A stretch of 24,000 bases of DNA from Paenibacillus alkalitolerans. GTDB lineage: Bacteria > Bacillota > Bacilli > Paenibacillales > YIM-B00363. Below, one piece after another: positions 8,308 through 15,680 of the stretch (position 1 is its first letter; each line of letters starts with the position of its first letter). Where the stretch lies: positions 28,039-52,038 of the forward strand of contig NZ_JAEMXM010000027.1 in the NCBI RefSeq assembly GCF_016482785.1, in the 5' to 3' direction. Made by a program: the position numbers and the translations under genes. The notes beneath the pieces are model-generated. The model ran no database searches, was not told the DNA's origin, and saw only the letters and a list, made by a program, of their open reading frames with translations.

Positions 8308-9342
8308 ATGAGGTACGTTTCGATAGACTCATTGGAGCCGGGGCAATTTTTAGGCAAGTCGATTTTTACAAACAACGGAACGGTCCTGTTGTCCGAAGGG
8401 GTGCAGTTGACCGTCTTCATGATCAATACGCTTCGCAGAATAGGCGTGGCGTTCGTATATGTGAAGGACGGGCATTTTGACGACATTGAAATTACGGACG
8501 TTGTGTCCGATGAGACGAAACGCGCCGTAATTAAACAAATGAGCGACTTGTTCGGTTCGGTGCGTTCGGGAAAAGAGTTCAACACGAAGCGGGTTAGCGC
8601 CGCTATCGATTCGCTGCTTGACGACATAATGAAAAACAAAGACGTTCTCATTCATCTCTCAGACATACGTTCGAGCGACAATGCCGATTACATGCATGCG
8701 TTGAACGTATGCATGATGTCCTGCGTCGTCGGCATGAACATGGGGCTCCCGTACACGCAATTGAAAGAACTTGCGATCGGCGCGCTTTTGCACGATATCG
8801 GCAAAGTAAACGCCGCGGCGGAAGACGACGAAGGTGCGGATCCGAAGCGTCACCATACGTGGATAGGATTCGAGACGCTGAAGCTGAAGCGGGAGTACAG
8901 CTTGCTGATCGCCCACGTCGCGTTCCAGCATCACGAGCACGCCGACGGTACGGGCGTTCCCCGCGGATTGACGTCGGAAGCGATTCATCCGTATGCGAAA
9001 ATCGTCGCCGTAGCGAATACGTACGACAATTTGCTCTCCGGCCTTGGCGAGTCCGGGAAGCGCATGCTGCCTCATGAAGCTTGCGAACGCATAATGGCGA
9101 TGGCCGGCAAGCAGCTGGATAAAGATGTCATCGTTGAATTTCTGAAGACGGTCTCGGTGTATCCGACAGGGACTTCCGTGCGCCTCACCAATAAGGAGAC
9201 CGGAGTAGTCGTAGGCCAGCACCGCGGCTTGCCCGGACGTCCGGTCGTGAGGGTCGTAGCCCATGATGAAGGACAACTCGATATTAAAGAGTTCGATTTG
9301 GCGAAATTTCCGACATTGTTTATCGATGCCGTACTAACTTAG
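8308..9342 (+). CDS. HD-GYP-type HD domain protein (putative cyclic-di-GMP phosphodiesterase or receptor); GYP is replaced by GVP
   Basis: LLHDIGK ... HHEHADGTGVPRGL is the HD-GYP core. The roughly 130-aa N-terminal domain and roughly 70-aa C-terminal domain are unassigned. RBS ACGAGGTG is present. Confidence 0.82.
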   Translation: MRYVSIDSLEPGQFLGKSIFTNNGTVLLSEGVQLTVFMINTLRRIGVAFVYVKDGHFDDIEITDVVSDETKRAVIKQMSDLFGSVRSGKEFNTKRVSAAIDSLLDDIMKNKDVLIHLSDIRSSDNADYMHALNVCMMSCVVGMNMGLPYTQLKELAIGALLHDIGKVNAAAEDDEGADPKRHHTWIGFETLKLKREYSLLIAHVAFQHHEHADGTGVPRGLTSEAIHPYAKIVAVANTYDNLLSGLGESGKRMLPHEACERIMAMAGKQLDKDVIVEFLKTVSVYPTGTSVRLTNKETGVVVGQHRGLPGRPVVRVVAHDEGQLDIKEFDLAKFPTLFIDAVLT

Positions 9343-9356
9343 CGAATGCGATGCTT

Positions 9357-9378
9357 GCCCCGGACAGGGGCTTTATTT
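9357..9378 (+). terminator. Weak rho-independent terminator after the HD-GYP gene
   Basis: GCCCC-GGACA-GGGGC followed by TTTATTT. The stem is only 5 bp. Confidence 0.45.
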
Positions 9379-9393
9379 GTGGCAAAATATAGA

Positions 9394-9421
9394 TTGACAC
9401 AAACAAATGTTCCTATATAAT
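9394..9421 (+). promoter_or_regulatory. Near-consensus SigA promoter (TTGACA-16-TATAAT) for yneF and folE
   Basis: TTGACA at 9394-9399 and TATAAT at 9416-9421 have a 16-nt spacer. This leaves a leader of roughly 90 nt before the yneF ATG. Confidence 0.6.
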
Positions 9422-9518
9422 AGATAATGCAGGTGTATTTCGTTTGTATCGGCGTGTTCCGGCATGCTATGATGGGTGGGAGTTTGCGACAATTTATTTT
9501 TGCTGAGGTGACCTCCAT

Positions 9519-9731
9519 ATGGATATTCTGATTCCGATTATTACGCTTGTCGTCGGGCTCGTCGGCGGCTTCTTTATAGGCGTGTATTATTTACGCAAAC
9601 AGATGGAATCGATGCAGAACAATCCGGAAATGCTGCGCGATATGGCCAAACGGATGGGCTATAACGTGAACCAGAAACAGATGAACCAGATGCAGCAAAT
9701 GCTGAAAAACCAGCAGAAGCGAAAAAGATAA
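9519..9731 (+). CDS. yneF: UPF0154 / YneF family small membrane protein
   Basis: 70 aa with a single N-terminal TM helix (ILIPIITLVVGLVGGFFIGVYY) followed by a Q/M/N/K-rich tail (NPEMLRDMAKRMGYNVNQKQMNQMQQMLKNQ), the hallmark of YneF. RBS GAGGTG lies 8 nt upstream. Confidence 0.85.
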   Translation: MDILIPIITLVVGLVGGFFIGVYYLRKQMESMQNNPEMLRDMAKRMGYNVNQKQMNQMQQMLKNQQKRKR

Positions 9732-9797
9732 GCATTGTCGGCAACCCGATCATAGATATGATGGTCGCATACAAGCAGGCAAGCAGGGAGGAAGAGA

Positions 9798-10433
9798 ATG
9801 AGGGCGAATGAATTCGAGCCGCGGAATCCGAATGCGGATGTAAAAAACTATATCAACTCGCGGGTGAATGAAAACCGGGAACTGGTCGAGCACCATATCC
9901 GCGAAATTTTGCGGCTGATCGGAGAGGATCCCGACCGTGAAGGACTGGAGGATACTCCCAAGCGCGTCCGCCAAATGTACGAGGAAATATTCGCCGGATA
10001 CGAGGTGGACCCGCGGGAAGTGCTCGGCGTCACGTTCGACGAGAATCACGAAGAGCTTGTAATCGTTAAGGACATCGTATATTACTCGCAATGCGAGCAT
10101 CATATGGCCCCGTTCTTCGGGAAGGTGCATATCGGCTACATTCCGAGCGGACGTATTGCCGGATTAAGCAAGTTTGCAAGACTGGTAGAGGCGGTGTCGC
10201 GGAAGCTGCAAGTGCAGGAGCGTATAACGTCGCAGATCGCGGACATTTTCGAGGAAGTGCTCCATCCGCACGGGACGATGGTCGTCGTCGAAGGCGAGCA
10301 CTTGTGCATGTGCTCGCGAGGCGTGAAGAAGCCGGGCGCCGTAACAGTCACTTCCGCCGTGCGCGGACGGTTCCGGACGGATGCGGCGCTGCGCGCGGAG
10401 TTTATGTCGCTTCTGCAGCGGGGCGGGATTTAA
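9798..10433 (+). CDS. folE: GTP cyclohydrolase I
   Basis: [16 protein letters not shown]...[21 protein letters not shown]...[10 protein letters not shown]...QVQERIT...[14 protein letters not shown] are canonical FolE motifs. RBS GGGAGGA is present. Confidence 0.93.
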   Translation: MRANEFEPRNPNADVKNYINSRVNENRELVEHHIREILRLIGEDPDREGLEDTPKRVRQMYEEIFAGYEVDPREVLGVTFDENHEELVIVKDIVYYSQCEHHMAPFFGKVHIGYIPSGRIAGLSKFARLVEAVSRKLQVQERITSQIADIFEEVLHPHGTMVVVEGEHLCMCSRGVKKPGAVTVTSAVRGRFRTDAALRAEFMSLLQRGGI

Positions 10434-10440
10434 CATGAGG

Positions 10441-10490
10441 AGGGCCTTCCTGGCGATAGCGGATCCTATCGGCAAGGAAGGCCCTTTATT
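10441..10490. terminator. Long hairpin terminator after folE
   Basis: AGGGCCTTCC...CGATAG-CGGATC-CTATCG...GGAAGGCCCT forms nested stems followed by TTTATT, 8 nt after the folE stop. Confidence 0.75.
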
Positions 10491-10495
10491 AACGA

Positions 10496-10545
10496 TAAAG
10501 AATTTATAAGTTTTCTGCTTCAGCAGGAAATGAGTAAATTCTTTA
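10496..10545. repeat. AT-rich imperfect hairpin (second of three in the folE/sigma convergent gap)
   Basis: TAAAGAATTTATAAGTTTTCTGC pairs with GCAGGAAATGAGTAAATTCTTTA. The outer 11 bp and the inner TGC/GCA match exactly, with mismatches between them. Confidence 0.5.
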
Positions 10546-10547
10546 CC

Positions 10548-10611
10548 AAGAAAAACTTCCTCTTACTCGCGGTCGCTCATCCTTGAATGTACTTCGATAG
10601 AAGTTTTTCTT
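10548..10611 (-). terminator. Hairpin immediately 3' of the sigma gene; same repeat family as 5999-6049
   Basis: AAGAAAAACTTC (10548-10559) pairs with GAAGTTTTTCTT (10600-10611). On the minus strand the stem ends in GTTTTTCTT, 3 nt after the sigma stop. It shares 14-nt and 13-nt exact blocks with the 5999 copy. Confidence 0.55.
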
Positions 10612-10613
10612 AT

Positions 10614-11534
10614 TTAAGCCGGAAGCTTCTCCGGGTTCAAGACTAGATAAATGTCCGCAATCTGTTCGCCCTCAAACCGGAAGGCGACGGTGCCGGTCAT
10701 CGCATCGCCCTGGAAGAGCACGAGCCCGGGTTGGCCGTTGATGACGTCCGGAAGCACGCGGAAGCCTTCGGGAGTTTTCGACACGATACCCAACAAGAAA
10801 GCCATGGCTCGATCGCGTCCGATGAGAGGCTTGACGGCGGCGCGAACTTTGCCGCCTCCATCCGAGACAACGGATATGTCCTTGTTCAAGAGTTGGGACA
10901 ATAACCCCACGTTGCCGCTGCCGAGCGCGTGCAGGAATCGCTCGACCAGCGCGCTCTTAGCCGGTTCGCCGGCCGCAGCCGCACCCGGTCTTGTGTCGCC
11001 GTGCGGTGCCGCGTTCCGCGCGGAATCGATGCGCAGCTTCGCTCTCCGGTATATTTGTCTGCAGTTGGGCGCCGTTTTCCCGGTTGCATCCGCGATTTCA
11101 TCATAATCGAGAGCATATGCCTCTCGCAGCACGTAGACAGACCGCTCTACCGGCGAAAGCCGCTCCAGCAGCAAAAGAAACGCGATGGACAGCGTCTCTT
11201 TCATAACGGCGCTGCGCAGCGGATCTTCCGCCGCAAAGCTGTCGTCAGCGGAGTGCCGCGACTCGATCCACGGCTCCGGCAGCCACGGTCCGACATACGA
11301 TTCGCGCCGTACCCGCGCCGAACGCAGCTGGTCAATGCACCGGTTTGTAACGAGTCGGCACAAGTAAGCTCTCGGATTTTGAAGTGAGGGAAGCGCCGAA
11401 GCATCCAGAGTCAGGAACACATTGTGCACTACATCTTCGGCGTCCATGACGGATGAAAGCATCCGGTAAGCGAGCGACACCAAGAACCCTTTGTGCGCCT
11501 GGTACAACTCTTCAATGCTCATTGCGGCATCCAC
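10614..11534 (-). CDS. ECF sigma factor, group ECF41 (SigJ-like) with a fused SnoaL-like C-terminal regulatory domain
   Basis: Sigma-70 regions 2 and 4 are present (DAEDVVHNVFL, RLVTNRCIDQLR, APNCRQIYRRAK). The ECF41 signatures are also present: GPWLPEPW, VVSDGGGKV and a C-terminal NPEKL. The track start at 11534 is GTG; an ATG at 11522 is an alternative. Confidence 0.88.
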   Translation of the reverse strand: MDAAMSIEELYQAHKGFLVSLAYRMLSSVMDAEDVVHNVFLTLDASALPSLQNPRAYLCRLVTNRCIDQLRSARVRRESYVGPWLPEPWIESRHSADDSFAAEDPLRSAVMKETLSIAFLLLLERLSPVERSVYVLREAYALDYDEIADATGKTAPNCRQIYRRAKLRIDSARNAAPHGDTRPGAAAAGEPAKSALVERFLHALGSGNVGLLSQLLNKDISVVSDGGGKVRAAVKPLIGRDRAMAFLLGIVSKTPEGFRVLPDVINGQPGLVLFQGDAMTGTVAFRFEGEQIADIYLVLNPEKLPA

Positions 11535-11548
11535 TTCCCGTTTCGCGT

Positions 11549-12880
11549 TTATAATGCTTTCGCAGGTGCGAATAAGCCTCCGGTCGCCCGGACGATCGCC
11601 AATGCCGACGCCCTGCCGCTCGCAAGAGATGCGTCAGCGAGCATTCCTTCTTCGCCGACCCAATCGCCGGCCACATACAGCCCTTCGATCTCAGGGACTG
11701 ACGGTCCGGGCCGGCTTAGCCGGGCGTCATCCGTCGTGTGAAGCCGATGGCTGACGGTCATATTCGGCAGAAACCGCTCATACACCGTAACTTCGCGCCA
11801 ACCGGGCTGCACGCAATCCAGCATTTTCTCCAGCTCGTTTCGGACCGATTGCGGATCGGAGTCGTGATTCCGGCCAAGATACTTCATAAGATGCAATACT
11901 ATTGTACCATCTTCCGAAAGCCGGGCAGCATTGGAATGGTTCGAGTAATAGAGCGGACGGTCGACACCCATGGCAAAGTGAACGTCGGGAACGGGCAGCT
12001 TCCTAACCACAACGTCGAAGCAGGCAGCCCGAACCGGCACGCTAGTTTCTTTCCATCTCCGCACCGACGCGCTTTCGGCACCGTACACAAGCCGGCACGC
12101 TTCTTCCGGACTCGCGGCAATAACCGCGGAGCGAACGTCGAACGCTTCATTATCACCGGCAATCACACTCCGAACCGCCGCCTGACCGCCGCCGCAGTCC
12201 ACCCGTGTCACTTTCTTGTCCTGCACAATCGACACTCCAGCCTTCAAAGCCGTCTCCCGCAGCGCATCAACAATTGTTTGCCAGCCGCCGTCCACATAGA
12301 GCACTCCGCCTTTGAGAGCTTGCTGCATCTGCTTCACCGCCGCTTCGGCGCTTTGCAGGTCCGGGTCATTGGCGTAAGTGGAAACCCGGGAGAACGCATA
12401 GAGCACCTTGCGGACGCCTTCGTGCCGAACGCCGCGCTCCATCCATTCGCGCAGCGACAAAGAGCGCAAGGCTTTCGCATCGGTCCCCGGGATCGCGGAC
12501 ATCACTTTAGCCAGCTCCAGCTTTTCGGGCCAGGACAGAAGCTTCGTCTTAAAGAGCGACCCGATGTTTGCCGGAAACGGGTACACTCCGTCCGCCGTTA
12601 CCGCCGTCGCCTTGTACCCGGACGGTTTCCCGCCTTTCGGACGTACGCCGAGCTCCGCCAATACTTGCGCCCCGGGGCCAGTTAAGTACAGCGCATGCGC
12701 GCCAAGATTCAACATTGCGCGTTGCTTATACTCCGTCGCCGCCCGTCCGCCGAGCCGCCCTTTCTCGAACAATACCGTCTTGCGTCCGGCCTTCGCCAAA
12801 TAAATCGCCGCCGTCAGCCCAGCCAATCCGCCGCCGACAACCGCCGCATCGTAACCTTTTAATTCTCTCGTCTCACTCAT
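11549..12880 (-). CDS. NAD(P)/FAD-dependent oxidoreductase, phytoene desaturase (CrtI)-like
   Basis: An N-terminal Rossmann motif YDAAVVGGGLAGLTAAIYLAKAGRKTVLFEK and a C-terminal ...GLYVAGDWVG are typical of the CrtI / amine-oxidase fold. The start was trimmed to the ATG at 12880 (MSETREL; alternative 12892), because the longer track start lies upstream of the predicted promoter. The stop is 14 nt from the sigma gene. Confidence 0.82.
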   Translation of the reverse strand: MSETRELKGYDAAVVGGGLAGLTAAIYLAKAGRKTVLFEKGRLGGRAATEYKQRAMLNLGAHALYLTGPGAQVLAELGVRPKGGKPSGYKATAVTADGVYPFPANIGSLFKTKLLSWPEKLELAKVMSAIPGTDAKALRSLSLREWMERGVRHEGVRKVLYAFSRVSTYANDPDLQSAEAAVKQMQQALKGGVLYVDGGWQTIVDALRETALKAGVSIVQDKKVTRVDCGGGQAAVRSVIAGDNEAFDVRSAVIAASPEEACRLVYGAESASVRRWKETSVPVRAACFDVVVRKLPVPDVHFAMGVDRPLYYSNHSNAARLSEDGTIVLHLMKYLGRNHDSDPQSVRNELEKMLDCVQPGWREVTVYERFLPNMTVSHRLHTTDDARLSRPGPSVPEIEGLYVAGDWVGEEGMLADASLASGRASALAIVRATGGLFAPAKAL

Positions 12881-12916
12881 CTTTTCAGCCATCCTCTCAT
12901 ATTGTTCTACAAGCAT

Positions 12917-12943
12917 GACGAGATAGGATTCTTTTTTGTGACA
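12917..12943 (-). promoter_or_regulatory. ECF41-type promoter TGTCACA-N16-CGTC in front of the oxidoreductase-sigma operon
   Basis: The minus strand from 12943 to 12917 reads TGTCACA AAAAAGAATCCTATCT CGTC, with exactly 16 nt of spacer. It lies 25-37 nt upstream of the candidate start codons. Confidence 0.65.
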
Positions 12944-12982
12944 AAAAAGCCGATCCCCGCACAAATGCGGGAAAATCGGCTT
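12943..12982 (-). terminator. Rho-independent terminator of the alpha/beta hydrolase gene
   Basis: The minus strand reads GCCGATTTTCCCGCA-TTTG-TGCGGGGATCGGC followed by TTTTTT, 19 nt after the hydrolase stop. The last T of the tract is the first T of TGTCACA. Confidence 0.78.
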
Positions 12983-13000
12983 AGAGCGCCAGAGCTCCGG

Positions 13001-14023
13001 TTATTGCGAAACATTGTCCAAGAAAGCGAAAGTTTTCTCCAAATACTGCTCTTTCCCCGCCCGATACACAAGCTCATGAGTCGCGCCGGGAACGAGCCAC
13101 ATGTCCGAATAAGGCGAGCCGGTCTGCAGCTTTGCAATCGACTCGATAATTTCGTAAGGAGACCTTTCGTCCTGCGTCCCGTGGATAAAGAAGATCGGAA
13201 CGTTGTAGGATGCGTTCTTCACTTTATCGTACGGCACCTCATCGATGCCGGAACCGTTGACCATAGGATATAACCACTTCAACAGCGTCAATGACGGCTC
13301 TTTCGGCAAATCGGCATACTGCTTCAAATTGTGATAGAGCGTATCGGGCTCGAGGACAAATGTGCTGTCCAATATCATTGCATCAATCTCATGCGTACGT
13401 AGAGCGGTTTGCAGCGCCGTGCCGGCTCCCATCGAAAATCCCCACACGTATACTTCTTCCGCGCCGCGGGAGCGGGCGTACTTCACGGCGCCCAATAAAT
13501 CGTAGGATTCGTTGAAGCCGCCGGTAACTACTCGGCGCTCGTTGTAGACGTATCCGTAATCAAACATGAGCACATTATAGCCGTGCCGGTTCGCGTTCGA
13601 TGCGAGCTCGTATATCGGAACCCATATTTCTTCCCTGTTGCCGCCGTACCCGTGAGAAAACACGATCGTCTTCGTTGAACCGGTTGAAGAGGGGATATAC
13701 CAGCCCTCCAACGGTTTGGGATCGCCGAGTTCGTTCAAGAACGCCACACTCTCATAGCCGAGACCCGCGGCTTCCCGGGGGTTCGATTGCAGCGGAGCTA
13801 CGGCCGGCCGTGCCAATACCCATGCGATATAACTGTACAGAGAGACCACGGTAAGTATTGCAATAATGATAACGGCAAGGCATAGGGCAATAATGACGGG
13901 CCACCAGCTTCTTCGCCCGGTTCGTTGGTCCGCAATGGGGCGGTAGGGAACGGGCAATGATATGGAAGCGGTTTCAACGGGTGTTGGCGAAAGAGGCAAA
14001 CTAGATGTCGTAACGGGTTCCAT
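13001..14023 (-). CDS. Membrane-anchored alpha/beta hydrolase (serine hydrolase)
   Basis: 340 aa with an N-terminal TM helix (WWPVIIALCLAVIIIAILTVVSLY), nucleophile elbow GFSMGAG, an HG oxyanion motif (FSHGYGGN), and later HGTQDERSP and GATHEL as Asp/His candidates. RBS AAGGAGG lies 7 nt upstream. Confidence 0.85.
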   Translation of the reverse strand: MEPVTTSSLPLSPTPVETASISLPVPYRPIADQRTGRRSWWPVIIALCLAVIIIAILTVVSLYSYIAWVLARPAVAPLQSNPREAAGLGYESVAFLNELGDPKPLEGWYIPSSTGSTKTIVFSHGYGGNREEIWVPIYELASNANRHGYNVLMFDYGYVYNERRVVTGGFNESYDLLGAVKYARSRGAEEVYVWGFSMGAGTALQTALRTHEIDAMILDSTFVLEPDTLYHNLKQYADLPKEPSLTLLKWLYPMVNGSGIDEVPYDKVKNASYNVPIFFIHGTQDERSPYEIIESIAKLQTGSPYSDMWLVPGATHELVYRAGKEQYLEKTFAFLDNVSQ

Positions 14024-14091
14024 GAGAAGTCCTCCTTGCTTGGCGCCGTCGCGGCTTGTCTGTCATTTGTAGATTAATTAGGTTAATTATA

Positions 14092-14120
14092 ATAGTAAGA
14101 AAGCCCCGCAAATCCGTCAA
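14092..14120 (-). promoter_or_regulatory. Candidate SigA promoter for the hydrolase gene (TTGACG-17-TACTAT)
   Basis: On the minus strand, TTGACG (14120-14115), a 17-nt spacer and TACTAT (14097-14092). Confidence 0.4.
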
Positions 14121-14271
14121 TGTCCCCCGACGTTTTGTTAACCGAATGTAATCTGGCTGTAACAATAGGGAAGATTTTATCAGGCTTTACGGCTGATAGT
14201 GGATGGGATATACTGATTTTATGAAAAATGGTTTCACTATACGAAACAGACGGGCGATGGGGGGACCAGCG

Positions 14272-15018
14272 ATGGAGGACGGTAAACTAACGGTTCGCGC
14301 AGTGGAACGGGCGCTAGACATTTTGTTGGTGTTTACTCAGCATGGCAGCCTGGGATTGACGGAAATCGCCGAGAAGGTCGGGCTCCATAAGAGCACCGTG
14401 CACCGGCTGCTTGCGTCGTTGGAAGGGAAAGGCTTTCTAGTGCGCGATGCGGTAACGGAAAAATACCGACTCGGATTTCGCGTGTGGGAATTGTCCGCCC
14501 AGCTCGCCGGACAATCGGACGATCCCGCGACGCTCCTCCTCCCGGAGATGGAACGTCTTCGTGATCTTGTAGGCGAAACGATCTCTCTTTACATTCGCGA
14601 GGGGAGTGAGAGGATCCGCATCCAAGCGGTACAAAGCAACCAGGCAATACGAAGGGTCGCTCCGATAGGCGCGCGTCTGCCGCTCTATGTCGGAGCGTCG
14701 AGCAAAGTGCTGCTCGCGTTCGCCGACGACGAGGTGCGCGACCGTATCATGAACGACGCCGCTTGGCCGGAATCGGTCGATCGGGGCGCATTCTTGGCGC
14801 AGCTGGCGGATATACGCCGGCTCGGCTACGCAACGAGCGTGGAAGAGAGGGAGCCGGGAGCCGCGGCCGTATCGGCTCCGATTATGAACAATAGCGGGCG
14901 TCTGGCGGCGGCGCTGGCCGTATCCGGCCCTTCGAACAGGCTCCACTTGGAGATGATGCGGGACATCGCTCCGCAGGTGATGGAGACCGCCAGCCGTATG
15001 GGTAAGATGCTGAAGTGA
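14272..15018 (+). CDS. IclR family transcriptional regulator
   Basis: An N-terminal wHTH (VRAVERALDILLVF...LGLTEIAEKVGLHKSTVHRLLASL) is followed by an IclR effector domain (GYATSVEEREPGAAAVSAPI). The start was trimmed to the ATG at 14272, preceded by GGGGGGA. The 248-aa product is typical for the family. Confidence 0.85.
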   Translation: MEDGKLTVRAVERALDILLVFTQHGSLGLTEIAEKVGLHKSTVHRLLASLEGKGFLVRDAVTEKYRLGFRVWELSAQLAGQSDDPATLLLPEMERLRDLVGETISLYIREGSERIRIQAVQSNQAIRRVAPIGARLPLYVGASSKVLLAFADDEVRDRIMNDAAWPESVDRGAFLAQLADIRRLGYATSVEEREPGAAAVSAPIMNNSGRLAAALAVSGPSNRLHLEMMRDIAPQVMETASRMGKMLK

Positions 15019-15180
15019 CGCTTACAAATCCTTGCGCCGAGGGCTGCGAGGCCGACATGCTTCATAATCGTGCGCTCCAAGACGAAGTTCCACTTAACAA
15101 TAAACACATAATCGGGTACTTTTTCAAACGTAATTACTCTACACGCTTCACCGCGCGGGGAGAAGAGGTGCGATATACAG

Positions 15181-15215
15181 TTGCGAGATACAACTATATA
15201 GTTGTATAATACAAC
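15181..15215 (+). promoter_or_regulatory. Promoter (TTGCGA-18-TATAAT) overlapped by palindromic operator half-sites ATACAAC/GTTGTAT
   Basis: 15188-15207 ATACAACTATATAGTTGTAT is a perfect 20-bp palindrome. 15201-15215 GTTGTAT-A-ATACAAC is a second 7-1-7 palindrome. TATAAT at 15205-15210 lies inside both. The MarR ATG is at 15234. Confidence 0.6.
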
Positions 15216-15233
15216 CAAATGAGGGGGTGCACG

Positions 15234-15680
15234 ATGAGCGACACATTGCAAGAATTAGTTATACAATTCGTTCGCACATTCGGGCTGCACCAGCCGGACC
15301 GGACGCCGTGCGGTCAGCCGCTGTCGGTATCCGAAGCGCATGCGCTAAGCGAGCTGCGCAAGGCGCCAGGGTTGAGCCAAAACGAGCTCGCGGCTAAGCT
15401 CCAGCTGGAGAAAAGCACCGTCAGCCGCCTCGCAGCCTCGTTGGCAAAGCGCGGTTGGCTCACCCGGCGCAAGGACGAAACAGATTCGCGCGTGTGGAGG
15501 CTGTACCTTACCGAGCAAGGCGAGAAGACCGCGACCCGCATCGAGGAATCCCGAAAGGAGAAATTCCGCGCCGTTGCAAGCGCCTTAACGGACGAGCGGA
15601 TGGAAATCGTGGAGGAAGGTCTTAGAGAATTGATTGGTGCGTTGAAAAGAGAAGGAGAGTCGGATCATGGCAAAAAATAA
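15234..15680 (+). CDS. MarR family transcriptional regulator
   Basis: A wHTH is present: LSVSEAHALSELRKAPGLSQNELAAKLQLEKSTVSRLAASLAKRGWLTRRKDETDSRVWRLYLTEQG. The start was trimmed to the ATG at 15234, preceded by GAGGGGG. Confidence 0.88.
   Translation: MSDTLQELVIQFVRTFGLHQPDRTPCGQPLSVSEAHALSELRKAPGLSQNELAAKLQLEKSTVSRLAASLAKRGWLTRRKDETDSRVWRLYLTEQGEKTATRIEESRKEKFRAVASALTDERMEIVEEGLRELIGALKREGESDHGKK

Noticed and set aside
8258-9341. 11-bp direct repeat GTACTAACTTA flanking the HD-GYP gene (8258-8268 and 9331-9341), which could look like a target-site duplication
   Set aside because: Dozens of exact 11-mer repeats are expected by chance in 24 kb. There are no inverted repeats or mobility genes, and the second copy lies inside the coding sequence.
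11738-12685. 315-aa plus-strand ORF antisense to the FAD oxidoreductase. Similar antisense ORFs occur at 20512-21405 (in ddl), 8659-9276 (in the HD-GYP gene), 4371-5293 (in sodA) and 10651-11387 (in the sigma gene).
   Set aside because: All are shadow ORFs of well-supported genes. Their composition is Arg/Pro/His-rich with no motifs.
15019-15180. Possible gene remnant or small ORF in the IclR-MarR spacer (track ORFs 15015-15209 plus strand and 14826-15251 minus strand)
   Set aside because: The region is AT-rich, and neither ORF has an RBS or recognisable motifs. One is a shadow of the IclR 3' end.
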